DNA of 64,000 nucleotides. Source: an uncultured Chloroflexia bacterium. Its GTDB lineage: Bacteria; Chloroflexota; Limnocylindria; Limnocylindrales; CSP1-4. The notes under the pieces were generated by a model, which was not told the DNA's origin, ran no database searches, and was given only the letters and a program-made list of their open reading frames with translations. Shown piece after piece: positions 1-8,632 of this stretch (positions are counted from its first letter, which is position 1; each line of letters opens with the position of its first letter). Location of the stretch: contig CAVORL010000006.1 in assembly GCA_963698595.1 (NCBI GenBank), forward strand, positions 140,877-204,876, read 5' to 3'. The translations under genes and the position numbers were made by a program.

Positions 1-712
1 CGGCACGTGCCGCGTCGCCGAGGACGGCGGCCACGGCCACGCGCTCCGGGTGCAGGTCCAGCCGGCCGCCCTCGGCCAGGCTGATCGTGCGCAGATCGTC
101 GACGATCCGGGACAGGAGGCGAGCCTGTTCGCGGATCGTGCGGAGGTGCTCGTCGTCGGCGTCGTAGACGCCGTCGAGCACCGCGCTCGTCGTCGCCTCG
201 ACCACGGCGAGCGGCGTGCGGAGCTCGTGCACGGCATCCTGCATGAACCGCCGCCGATCCTCCTCCGCCCGCTCCAGGGCCGCGGCCATGCCGTCGAACG
301 ACCGGCCCAGGTCGCCCAGCTCGTCGTCCCGGTCCGCCAGCCCGGAGCGCTGCGTCAGCTCGCCGCCCGCGACGGCCCTGGCCGCGTCCTCCAGGCGCCG
401 GATCGGCCTGGTGAGGCGGCCCGCCGCCCACACGCCGGAGAGCGACGCCACGACGGCGGCGACGCCGGCCACGAGGACGATCGTCAGGATCATCGACTCC
501 CGGATGTCGTCGATCCGCTGCCCCTGGCCGGCGGCCGGCCCCGGCCCCTGGCCGCCTCCCTGGCCCTGGCCGGGGCCGAGCGTCGGGTCGGTGATGAAGT
601 CGAGCGACGCGAACCCGCGGTCGACGACGAGCGGGGTGGCGAGCGCGATCGCGCCGGCCGTGCCGATCGCGACGACGGCGAGCGCTAGGGCGAGGCGCGA
701 CCGGAGGCTCAT
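1..712 (-). CDS. HAMP-domain sensor histidine kinase (BaeS-like), 3' end runs off the window
   Basis: Manual translation from ATG 712 gives MSLRSRLALALAVVAIG (TM1), a Gly/Gln-rich loop, TM2, a HAMP domain (LTRPIRRLEDAARAVAGG...DELGDLGRSFDGMA) and the H-box DAVHELRTPL. It lies downstream of an OmpR-type regulator. Confidence 0.9.
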   Translation of the reverse strand, partial: MSLRSRLALALAVVAIGTAGAIALATPLVVDRGFASLDFITDPTLGPGQGQGGGQGPGPAAGQGQRIDDIRESMILTIVLVAGVAAVVASLSGVWAAGRLTRPIRRLEDAARAVAGGELTQRSGLADRDDELGDLGRSFDGMAAALERAEEDRRRFMQDAVHELRTPLAVVEATTSAVLDGVYDADDEHLRTIREQARLLSRIVDDLRTISLAEGGRLDLHPERVAVAAVLGDAARA

Positions 713-779
713 CGGGCCCGGCCGGTCGGTGGCGTCCGGCTGGCGATCGCCGTCGCGGGGGCCCCGGCCGCGAAGCTGC

Positions 780-1505
780 TCATTGGCGCCCCGCCCGGTA
801 GCCGATCCCGCGCACCGTGTCCACGTACCACCCGCCGCCCTGCCGGGTGCCGAGCTTGGCCCGCAGGTTCTTGACGTGGCTGTCGATGGACCGGTCGAAG
901 GCGTCGAACTCCTCGCCGTGGACCCGCAGCCCGAGCTGCTCACGCGTCCATGCCCGGTCGGGTTGCTCGGCGAAGGCGAGGAGGAGGTCGAGCTCGGTGC
1001 GCGTGAGATCGATCGCCCGGCCGGCCCGCCTGACCTCTCGAGCCAGCGGGTCGACCTCGAGATCGGCCAGGCGCAGGAGGGGGGCCGCGTCCGACTCGGC
1101 ACCTCCGCCGGCCTCGCCCGGTCTCGGCCGACCCCCCGAGCCCACGCGGCGGAGAACGGCGCCGACCCGGGCGACGAGCTCCCGCGGCTCGAAGGGCTTC
1201 GTGACGTAGTCGTCGGCGCCGAGCTCCAGGCCGGCAACCCGGTCGATGACGTCGTCGCGGGCGGTGAGGAGGATGACCGCGGGCGCCGGGCCGCCGTCGG
1301 CCCGCAGGGAGCGCAGGACGTCGAAGCCGGTCCGGCCGGGAAGCATGACGTCCAGGACGACGAGGTCGGGCGGAGCTGCCCGGGCTGCGGCGAGCGCCGT
1401 CTCGCCGTCGTGGGCGACCTCCACGGCGTGCCCTTCGCGTTCCAGGTAGGCGCGCACGACGTCCACGATGCGGGGCTCGTCGTCGACGACCAGGATGCGG
1501 CTCAC
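780..1505 (-). CDS. OmpR/PhoB-family response regulator
   Basis: RILVVDDE, LVVLDVMLPG, ADDYVTKPF and a winged-helix end (IDSHVKNLRAKL, DTVRGIGYR). GTG start at 1505. Confidence 0.95.
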   Translation of the reverse strand: MSRILVVDDEPRIVDVVRAYLEREGHAVEVAHDGETALAAARAAPPDLVVLDVMLPGRTGFDVLRSLRADGGPAPAVILLTARDDVIDRVAGLELGADDYVTKPFEPRELVARVGAVLRRVGSGGRPRPGEAGGGAESDAAPLLRLADLEVDPLAREVRRAGRAIDLTRTELDLLLAFAEQPDRAWTREQLGLRVHGEEFDAFDRSIDSHVKNLRAKLGTRQGGGWYVDTVRGIGYRAGRQ

Positions 1506-1603
1506 GGGGTAAGGATGCGCGGAAGGCCCGGCCGTTGCAGGCCGGGCCTTCGCTGCGGGGAGAGCGGCGCGCCGGACGTGCCGGGCGCCGCTTGCGTGGG
1601 TGC

Positions 1604-2176
1604 CTACGAGCCGTTCCCCTGGGAGCCGTTCCCCTGAGGTCCGCTGCCGTCGCAGGCGCCGTTGCCCGCGCCACGTCCACGGCCCTCGCCGGTCCCGGAG
1701 CCGGGCTCGCCGTCTGCAGCCGCGCCGCCGCGGTTGCCGGAGGCGTTCGCCGGCCCTGCGCCCACCGCGGCGCCCTGCATCCCGCCGAGCGCTGTGCGGT
1801 TGACCATGTCCATCGCCCGCGTCTCGAGCTGCTCCCGCAGCGCGGTCGCCTCGTCCGGCGTCAGCGCGCCCGCGGTGACGCGGGCCTCGATCCGCTCGCT
1901 CCACTGCGCCTCGAGCGCGTCGACGAGCTTCTGCGCGTCGACCTTCTGCTGCTCGGCGATCTGGGCCAGGGAGAGGCCGTCGTGGCGCAGGTCTTCGATC
2001 GCGTCGTGGCTCAGGCCGAGCTGGTCGGCGATGACGTCGGACTGGCCCCCGGCCCGCTCGGTGGTGCCGTTGCCCGCGCCGAGGCCCCGGCCCATCGGCC
2101 CGGCCGCGGCCACGCTCGCCACGACCATGACGAGGAGCAGGGCCGCGGCCCCGGTGGCAAGGAAGAGTCGTCGCAT
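1604..2176 (-). CDS. Secreted helical protein with Gly-rich tail, probable accessory or target of the adjacent two-component system
   Basis: Signal peptide MRRLFLATGAAALLLVMVVASVAAA; GGAGG RBS upstream; helical core (GLSLAQIAEQQKVD); C-terminal QGNGS repeats. Confidence 0.75.
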   Translation of the reverse strand: MRRLFLATGAAALLLVMVVASVAAAGPMGRGLGAGNGTTERAGGQSDVIADQLGLSHDAIEDLRHDGLSLAQIAEQQKVDAQKLVDALEAQWSERIEARVTAGALTPDEATALREQLETRAMDMVNRTALGGMQGAAVGAGPANASGNRGGAAADGEPGSGTGEGRGRGAGNGACDGSGPQGNGSQGNGS

Positions 2177-2290
2177 GAGGTGCCTCCGTCGGCTGTTTCG
2201 CTTGTCGGGTCGGGACCGGTCGCGCGGCCGGCCTGCCGTCCCCGACGTCGACCCCATGCTGGGAACGCAACGTGGCGGTTCGATGCCGCC

Positions 2291-2312
2291 TGCGTGGAGG
2301 ACGTGTGGAGAT
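2291..2312 (-). promoter_or_regulatory. Putative OmpR-family direct-repeat binding site
   Basis: The minus strand reads ATCTCCACACG-TCCTCCACGCA, i.e. CTCCAC repeated with an 11-bp period, upstream of the 2176 gene and the two-component genes. Confidence 0.5.
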
Positions 2313-2368
2313 CGCCGCGGCCTCCGTGGTACCGTTTGCTGGCCGCGGCCCGCGCGCCGTGCGCCCGG

Positions 2369-2444
2369 GCGGGAGTAGCTCAGCTGGCAGAGCGGCAGCC
2401 TTCCAAGCTGCATGTCGCGGGTTCGAACCCCGTCTCCCGCTCCA
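2369..2444 (+). tRNA. tRNA-Gly (anticodon TCC)
   Basis: GCGGGAG/CTCCCGC acceptor stem, D arm GCTCAGCTGGCAGAGC, anticodon arm GCAGC-CTTCCAA-GCTGC, T loop GTTCGAA and an encoded CCA; 76 nt. Confidence 0.97.
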
Positions 2445-2536
2445 CGCCCTCTGGTGCCTGCGACGACCCGCCGGCCTCACCCGAGTTCAAGGGGCGCATG
2501 TTCTCGCCAAACAGGTTCAGCACGGGGAGGGCGCCG

Positions 2537-2983
2537 ATGAGCCAGCGCAGGCAACGGGTGCCGGTCGGCCTGTCGGTCGCGCTCGCGATCGCGCTGGTTG
2601 CGTGCGGCGGAGGCAGGACGGATCCGGCGTCGGAGCAGTTCGTCGCCGCCTCCGACGCGTTCGCCGCTGCCTACCAGGCGGCCGTGGAGAGCAACCCGAA
2701 CCAGGGGTATTCGGACATCGTCGCCTTGTTCTCCGCGCTGGGATCGTCCACGGCAACCTTCGCCGATAGCCTCCGCACGATCCCCTTCCCGGACAGCGCG
2801 AGTGCCGACGCTCAGGCCCTTATCGGGGCGGTCGTGATCGCGCAGACAGCCTGCGTGCAAGCCTCGCGGACGCCGGAAGCGAACATCCAGGTAGCGATCG
2901 ACGCCGCAGTGAGCGCCCTGACGGACGTGTCCTCCGCGTCGGCAGTCCTCCGGAGCAACCTTGGGATACCCACTTCACCCTGA
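2537..2983 (+). CDS. Hypothetical lipoprotein
   Basis: GGGAGG RBS; lipobox-like signal ...ALAIALVA-C; predicted alpha-helical mature region. Confidence 0.7.
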   Translation: MSQRRQRVPVGLSVALAIALVACGGGRTDPASEQFVAASDAFAAAYQAAVESNPNQGYSDIVALFSALGSSTATFADSLRTIPFPDSASADAQALIGAVVIAQTACVQASRTPEANIQVAIDAAVSALTDVSSASAVLRSNLGIPTSP

Positions 2984-3103
2984 TGTGTCCGGTGGCGTGG
3001 AGGTCCCCGATGGGCCTCGGGCGGCGGCAGCTGGCGCGCCGGAGCACCCCGGTCGGGTGGGCGCCCGGCCGCCTGCAGGTCCTCTCACGACCCGTCGGCC
3101 GGG

Positions 3104-4018
<915 letters not shown>

Positions 4019-4086
4019 CGATCATTCCTTTCAGTTGGTGGGTCCAGGTGGCCACCGCGTGCGGTCGCCCCCGCGAGCAGCCTCGG

Positions 4087-4941
4087 TCAGATGACGTACT
4101 CGGCGTCCTCGAACCCGTCGCGCGTGCGGCGGACCCGGAACTGGCTGGTCTGGTAGACGAGGGATCCGGGTGGGACGCTGCTCGTGAGGAACACGTTGCC
4201 ACCCACCACACTGTCCTCGCCGATGACCGTGTCGCCCCCCAGCACGGTGGCGTTGGCGTAGATGACGACCCGGTCGCCGATCGTCGGGTGGCGCTTCGTG
4301 CCCGCTGCGCTCTTGGCGACCGAGAGCGCCCCCAGGGTCACGCCCTGGTACAGCTTCACGTTGTTGCCGATGACGGCCGTCTCGCCCACGACCACGCCGG
4401 TCCCGTGGTCGATGCAGAAAGAGCGCCCGATCGTCGCCCCGGGATGCATGTCGATGCCGGTGCGCGTGTGGGCGATCTCAGCAAGGAGGCGGGGCAGGAT
4501 GGGGACGCCGAGGCCGCAGATCTCGTGCGCGATCCGGTGGATCGCGATCGCGAGGAAGCCGGGATAGGCGGCGACCACCTCGTCGATCGACTCGGCGGCT
4601 GGATCGCCAGCGCAGATGGCCTCCGCGTCCAGCACGAGCCGAGCGTGGATGTCGGGAAGGGCCTCGGCGAACGCATCGACGACCCGGCGGGCCTCCGCCT
4701 CCCCGGTCAGCGGCGCGATGAGCCGCCGCAGCTCGCGGCGGGCCAGGATCAGGCGCGCGGCGAGGTCTTCCGCGGTCGCCGTCGCATCATCGGAGAGCTG
4801 CGCGAACAGGATGCCCAGCAGCGCGTCGACGACGGACGCGACGTCGCGCTTGAGCGGGAAGAGCTGGCCGCGCTCCTGACGGCCGGCTGCGAGGGCCTCC
4901 GCGAAGGCGTGTTCGAGATCGTGATCGTCGCGGTTCGGCAT
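4087..4941 (-). CDS. cysE: Serine O-acetyltransferase (EpsC/CysE type)
   Basis: GDPAA, TGIDMHPGATIG, IDHGTGVVVGET, YQGVTLGA, KRHPTIG hexapeptide repeats. Confidence 0.93.
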   Translation of the reverse strand: MPNRDDHDLEHAFAEALAAGRQERGQLFPLKRDVASVVDALLGILFAQLSDDATATAEDLAARLILARRELRRLIAPLTGEAEARRVVDAFAEALPDIHARLVLDAEAICAGDPAAESIDEVVAAYPGFLAIAIHRIAHEICGLGVPILPRLLAEIAHTRTGIDMHPGATIGRSFCIDHGTGVVVGETAVIGNNVKLYQGVTLGALSVAKSAAGTKRHPTIGDRVVIYANATVLGGDTVIGEDSVVGGNVFLTSSVPPGSLVYQTSQFRVRRTRDGFEDAEYVI

Positions 4942-4957
4942 GCTGTTCCTTTCCGGG

Positions 4958-5470
4958 TCAGCGGTCCGTGTACCGGATGGATGCCGGCACCGTCACGCCG
5001 ACCAGTCGGTCGGCGCGCCGGAAGAGCCGGGCGAAGAGGGGTGGGATCCACCAGCGCACGACGTAGAGGCGGCACCCGACGCAGGTGCCCGTTGCCGCCA
5101 GGAGGACCTGCAGGGCGACGACCGCGCCGACCAGGAGCCACCCGACTGGCGAGGCTCCGACGCCGAACATGACGGCCGCGAGGCCGATCGCAATGGCCCC
5201 CAGGGCCTGTGCGAAGCGCGGCGGGTACTCATGCTCCGACTCTGCCGGCGGGCCGAGGCGCAGGCCCCGCCGGACGACCGGCCAGGCGCGGCCCGGCAGG
5301 AAGAAGCGGGTCCCGAACGCGGCCGAGACGGCAAGGTTCAGGCCGACGAGCAGGGCCAGCCACGGGAGCCCGAGGAGGTACGAGGAGGCCAGGATGGCGG
5401 CGGAAACGGCGGCACCGAAGCGCTGATGGCGCGGATCGACCTGGCGCGCGGGAGTGGCGACGATGGACAC
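4958..5470 (-). CDS. DUF4395-family membrane protein
   Basis: VDPRHQRF, PPRFAQALG and the TGTCVGC motif; several TM segments; GGAGG RBS before GTG. Confidence 0.85.
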   Translation of the reverse strand: MSIVATPARQVDPRHQRFGAAVSAAILASSYLLGLPWLALLVGLNLAVSAAFGTRFFLPGRAWPVVRRGLRLGPPAESEHEYPPRFAQALGAIAIGLAAVMFGVGASPVGWLLVGAVVALQVLLAATGTCVGCRLYVVRWWIPPLFARLFRRADRLVGVTVPASIRYTDR

Positions 5471-5590
5471 GGGAGGCCTCCGGGGACGCGGGACGGGGGC
5501 GCGGCGACGCGGGAAGGGGTCACCGGGGTGCGGCGCGCGAGGGCGCGACGCGAGTGGGAACCGCGAGGGCCCGCGCTGTGGGGCCGGAGG

Positions 5591-5683
5591 TCAGCGGGCG
5601 TCCGCGACCGTGCCCAGCGCCGGCACTCGCCGGGGACAGGAGCAACAGGCGCCGCTCGGGAGGCGGCGAGCGCGGGTCGACAT
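5591..5683 (-). CDS. Putative leaderless cysteine-sensing leader peptide (30 aa, MSTRARRLPSGACCSCPRRVPALGTVADAR)
   Basis: The ATG is 6 nt after TATGCT (5695-5690). Codons TGT TGC TCC TGT; stop at 5593-5591; directly upstream of DUF4395-cysE-cysK. Confidence 0.7.
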   Translation of the reverse strand: MSTRARRLPSGACCSCPRRVPALGTVADAR

Positions 5684-5740
5684 GACAGGAGCATAGCGCG
5701 GATGTCGAGAGGCCGCGTCCGGTGGACCGACCCCGGGCGC

Positions 5741-6220
5741 TCAGGCGCGAGGTGACGCCTCGATCGCCTCCCGAAGCCGCCGCAGCGTGTCGGGCACGGA
5801 CGCCCGGAGCTCCTGCTCGATGCGGCCGGCGGCGAGCGTCGCGAGGCCGCGCAGCTCCAACCCCGCCCGGACCGTGATCCGGCAGCGGCCGTCGTCGAGT
5901 GCCGTGACCTCGCACGAGGCGGTGAGGCCGAAGAAGCCCGACGACGCGGAGATGGAGATCGAGCGGGGCGGGTCGACGGCCTCGACACGGCCGGCGGACA
6001 CGATCTCGATGCCGCCGGGTCCCGCCGAGACAAGCCGGAACTCGTCGCCCGCCGTCGGTCCCTGCCCGGCGGAGGGGACCCCGCGTGAGGTCATGCTCGT
6101 CGTCGGTTCGGCGTGCAGGACTCCCGGCAGCCAGGCCGGGTAGTCCTCGACGCGGGTGACGACGGAGAATGCGTCCGCCGCCGGTGCGGTCACCTCGACC
6201 TCGTCCTCGATGCGGATCAC
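5741..6220 (-). CDS. SRPBCC/polyketide cyclase-family protein
   Basis: IEDEVEVTAPAADAFSVVTRVEDYPAWLPGV pattern and a C-terminal helix; TAGGCT 6 nt upstream of the GTG. Confidence 0.85.
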   Translation of the reverse strand: MIRIEDEVEVTAPAADAFSVVTRVEDYPAWLPGVLHAEPTTSMTSRGVPSAGQGPTAGDEFRLVSAGPGGIEIVSAGRVEAVDPPRSISISASSGFFGLTASCEVTALDDGRCRITVRAGLELRGLATLAAGRIEQELRASVPDTLRRLREAIEASPRA

Positions 6221-6499
6221 GTCCCCAGCCTAGCAGTGGCCGCGGACGACAGGCGGCCGGTGCGGCGCCGATCCGCGCGCCGGCCCGGTCCTCCAGCCCT
6301 CGGCCCTGTCGGCTACGGCCTGAACGACCGACTCCGGCGCCGGCCCGCGAGGAGTGCATGACGGGCCGCCGGGTGGGCCATGACCTTCGGTTGATGGCGC
6401 GCGGAGGCACCACCCGCCGATCCTGCCGAGGACGAGGCGACCCACGCCGGCCCGCCCCGTCGCCACCACGCCTGCTCGTGTCCCGACCTCGGAGACCCC

Positions 6500-7855
6500 A
6501 TGCCCCGCCTCACCGCGAAGGTGTTCACGGATCTCGCCATCTGGATGAGCGCCTTCGGGCTGCTCATCGGGTTGATCTTCCCGCCCTTCTGCCTCGCCCT
6601 CGGCCTGCCCTCCGAGAACGTGCTGACCCCGCTCTTCTTCGGGTCCACGCTTGTCGCAGGGCTGACCGTGGGCGCGGTGAACTTCGGCCTCGCGCGGCTC
6701 GTCGTCGGGCGGCGCCTGCGCCGACTCGCAGAGAGCATGCAGACGGTCGAGACCCAGCTGGCCGCGGCCACCGTGACCCACGATTGGGCGGGCTGCGACC
6801 CGGAACGCTGCGCCCTTCCGGTCGACTCCGCCGACGAGGTGGGTGCAAGCGCGGCGGCGTTCAATCGCCTGATCCGGACCCTTGCCCGCTCCCACCAGGT
6901 GGAGGCCGCGACCAGCGACTTCACGGCGGTCATCTCGAGCCATCTCGACCTGGACGAGCTCGCCGAGGCGTCGCTCGACGCCCTGCTGCGTCACACGGGC
7001 GCGTCGGCCGGCGCGATCCTCGCGGTTCGCGACGAGGAGCTGGCACCGGTGGCCGCCCATGGGTTGCGCGCCCTCGATCGCCTCGCCGCCAACGACCACG
7101 TGACCCGGGCGCTGCGCCGCGCGAAGACGGAGCGGATCGACGTTGATCCTGGCGACGCCCTGGTGGATTCGCTCCTCGTCGACCAGGTGGCGCGAGAGAT
7201 CCTCGTCGTGCCGATCGCGTTCAAGAGCGTCCCGCTTGGCGCAGTCATCCTTGCGGCGGTTGCCCCGTTCGGCCCCGACGTGCCCATGCTGCTCGAGCAG
7301 TTCCGCGCCGACCTCGGCCTGGCGCTCAACAACGCGCTGACCCATGACCGTCTGCAGCGCCTGGCCGCCCTCGATCCGCTCACCGATGCCTACAACCGCC
7401 GCTTTGGCCTCTCCCGGCTCCGCGAGGAGTTCGCCCGGACGGTCCGGACCGGGGCGCCGCTCGGGGTCCTGATGCTGGATCTCGACCACTTCAAGCAGGT
7501 CAACGACACCCATGGCCACCTGGTCGGCGACCGCATCCTGCGCGCGACGGCCGGCGCCTGCCGGCGCGTGATCCGGGAGGGCGACATCCTCGTCCGCTAC
7601 GGCGGCGAGGAGTTCCTCCTGGTTCTCCCCGGGGCGAGTCGGGCGGACCTCGCCGAGCTTGCCGAGCGCGTGCGCCGAGCGATCGGCACAGTCGTCATCG
7701 CCGAGGGCGACCAACGGATCTCGGTCACCGTGAGTGCCGGTGGCGCCTCGTATCCGGAGCACGACGTCGAGGCGTTCGAGGCTCTCATCGGAACGGCCGA
7801 CGCAGCCCTCTACGAGGCGAAGCGCGCCGGTCGCGACCGGGTCATGGTCGCCTGA
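6500..7855 (+). CDS. Membrane diguanylate cyclase (2TM-HAMP-GAF-GGDEF)
   Basis: DPLTDAYNRR, DLDHFKQVNDTHGHLVGD, RYGGEEF active site with an RxxD I-site (REGD). Confidence 0.93.
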   Translation: MPRLTAKVFTDLAIWMSAFGLLIGLIFPPFCLALGLPSENVLTPLFFGSTLVAGLTVGAVNFGLARLVVGRRLRRLAESMQTVETQLAAATVTHDWAGCDPERCALPVDSADEVGASAAAFNRLIRTLARSHQVEAATSDFTAVISSHLDLDELAEASLDALLRHTGASAGAILAVRDEELAPVAAHGLRALDRLAANDHVTRALRRAKTERIDVDPGDALVDSLLVDQVAREILVVPIAFKSVPLGAVILAAVAPFGPDVPMLLEQFRADLGLALNNALTHDRLQRLAALDPLTDAYNRRFGLSRLREEFARTVRTGAPLGVLMLDLDHFKQVNDTHGHLVGDRILRATAGACRRVIREGDILVRYGGEEFLLVLPGASRADLAELAERVRRAIGTVVIAEGDQRISVTVSAGGASYPEHDVEAFEALIGTADAALYEAKRAGRDRVMVA

Positions 7856-8020
7856 GCCGGTCGCCTCCCGGGTCACCGGCGCGCACGTGACGGGTCGCGC
7901 CGGACACCCCGCTCGGATCCGGAGCGCCCGCGACCGCACCACGACCGCCCCAAGGGTCCGGGTTCGGACACGGATCATCGAGCCATGGTCGCGCCGCCTG
8001 CCGGCGGAGAGGATCCGGAC

Positions 8021-8557
8021 ATGCGAAACCACCGCCCGCTCCTCCTCGCCCTCGCCCTCGTGGGCGCCGTCGCCGGCAGCCTCACGAGTGTCCCCGCCGG
8101 CCAGGCGGACGCCCTCTCGTCGGCCGGATCGCTCCGCTTCCCCGGCCTGGGTCGATCGGGTGCCGAGACGATGAGCGGCCCGATCTTCAGCTGGGGCTGT
8201 CGCGGTGGCGAGCTCGGTGCCCAGATCTACCGGTGGGGCTGCGCGGGCGATCGCAACCGCTACCTGATGGGGCACGCGTACGCCGGGTTCGAGGAGCTGC
8301 ACGACTTCGTCGCAGCCCGCGGCGTGGCTGCCGGGACGCGCGCCCTCGTCGGCATGCCGGTGTACCTCCGCACGGCGACCGGGAGGCCGGTGCTCCTCCG
8401 CGTCACCTGGGCCCGGGTTGCCTCGGTCACCTACTGGGGCCGCACCGGCGAGCGGTGGGCGTGGAACGAGACGGACGTCCCATCGATCACGTTCCAGACG
8501 TGCTATGGGGCGCGCTCCGAGGACCGCCTCATCGTCCGCGCCGAGCGCGTCGACTGA
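8021..8557 (+). CDS. Sortase-like secreted cysteine transpeptidase
   Basis: Signal peptide; His (YLMGHAY), Cys (ITFQTC) and Arg (DRLIVRA) in sortase order. Confidence 0.65.
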   Translation: MRNHRPLLLALALVGAVAGSLTSVPAGQADALSSAGSLRFPGLGRSGAETMSGPIFSWGCRGGELGAQIYRWGCAGDRNRYLMGHAYAGFEELHDFVAARGVAAGTRALVGMPVYLRTATGRPVLLRVTWARVASVTYWGRTGERWAWNETDVPSITFQTCYGARSEDRLIVRAERVD

Positions 8558-8632
8558 TCGGAGGCGCCCGGGCGCCAGCACGAGCGAGGGAGCCGGCGAG
8601 GCTGCATCCGACCCCCGTAGGATGAACCCCAC

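Noticed and set aside
2369-3100. tRNA-Gly as the integration site of an island
   Set aside because: No integrase and no duplicated tRNA 3' end were seen; only one orphan lipoprotein follows.
5471-5700. SAM riboswitch or T-box before the cysteine operon
   Set aside because: No recognisable SAM-I core or T-box motif; the uORF explains the leader better.
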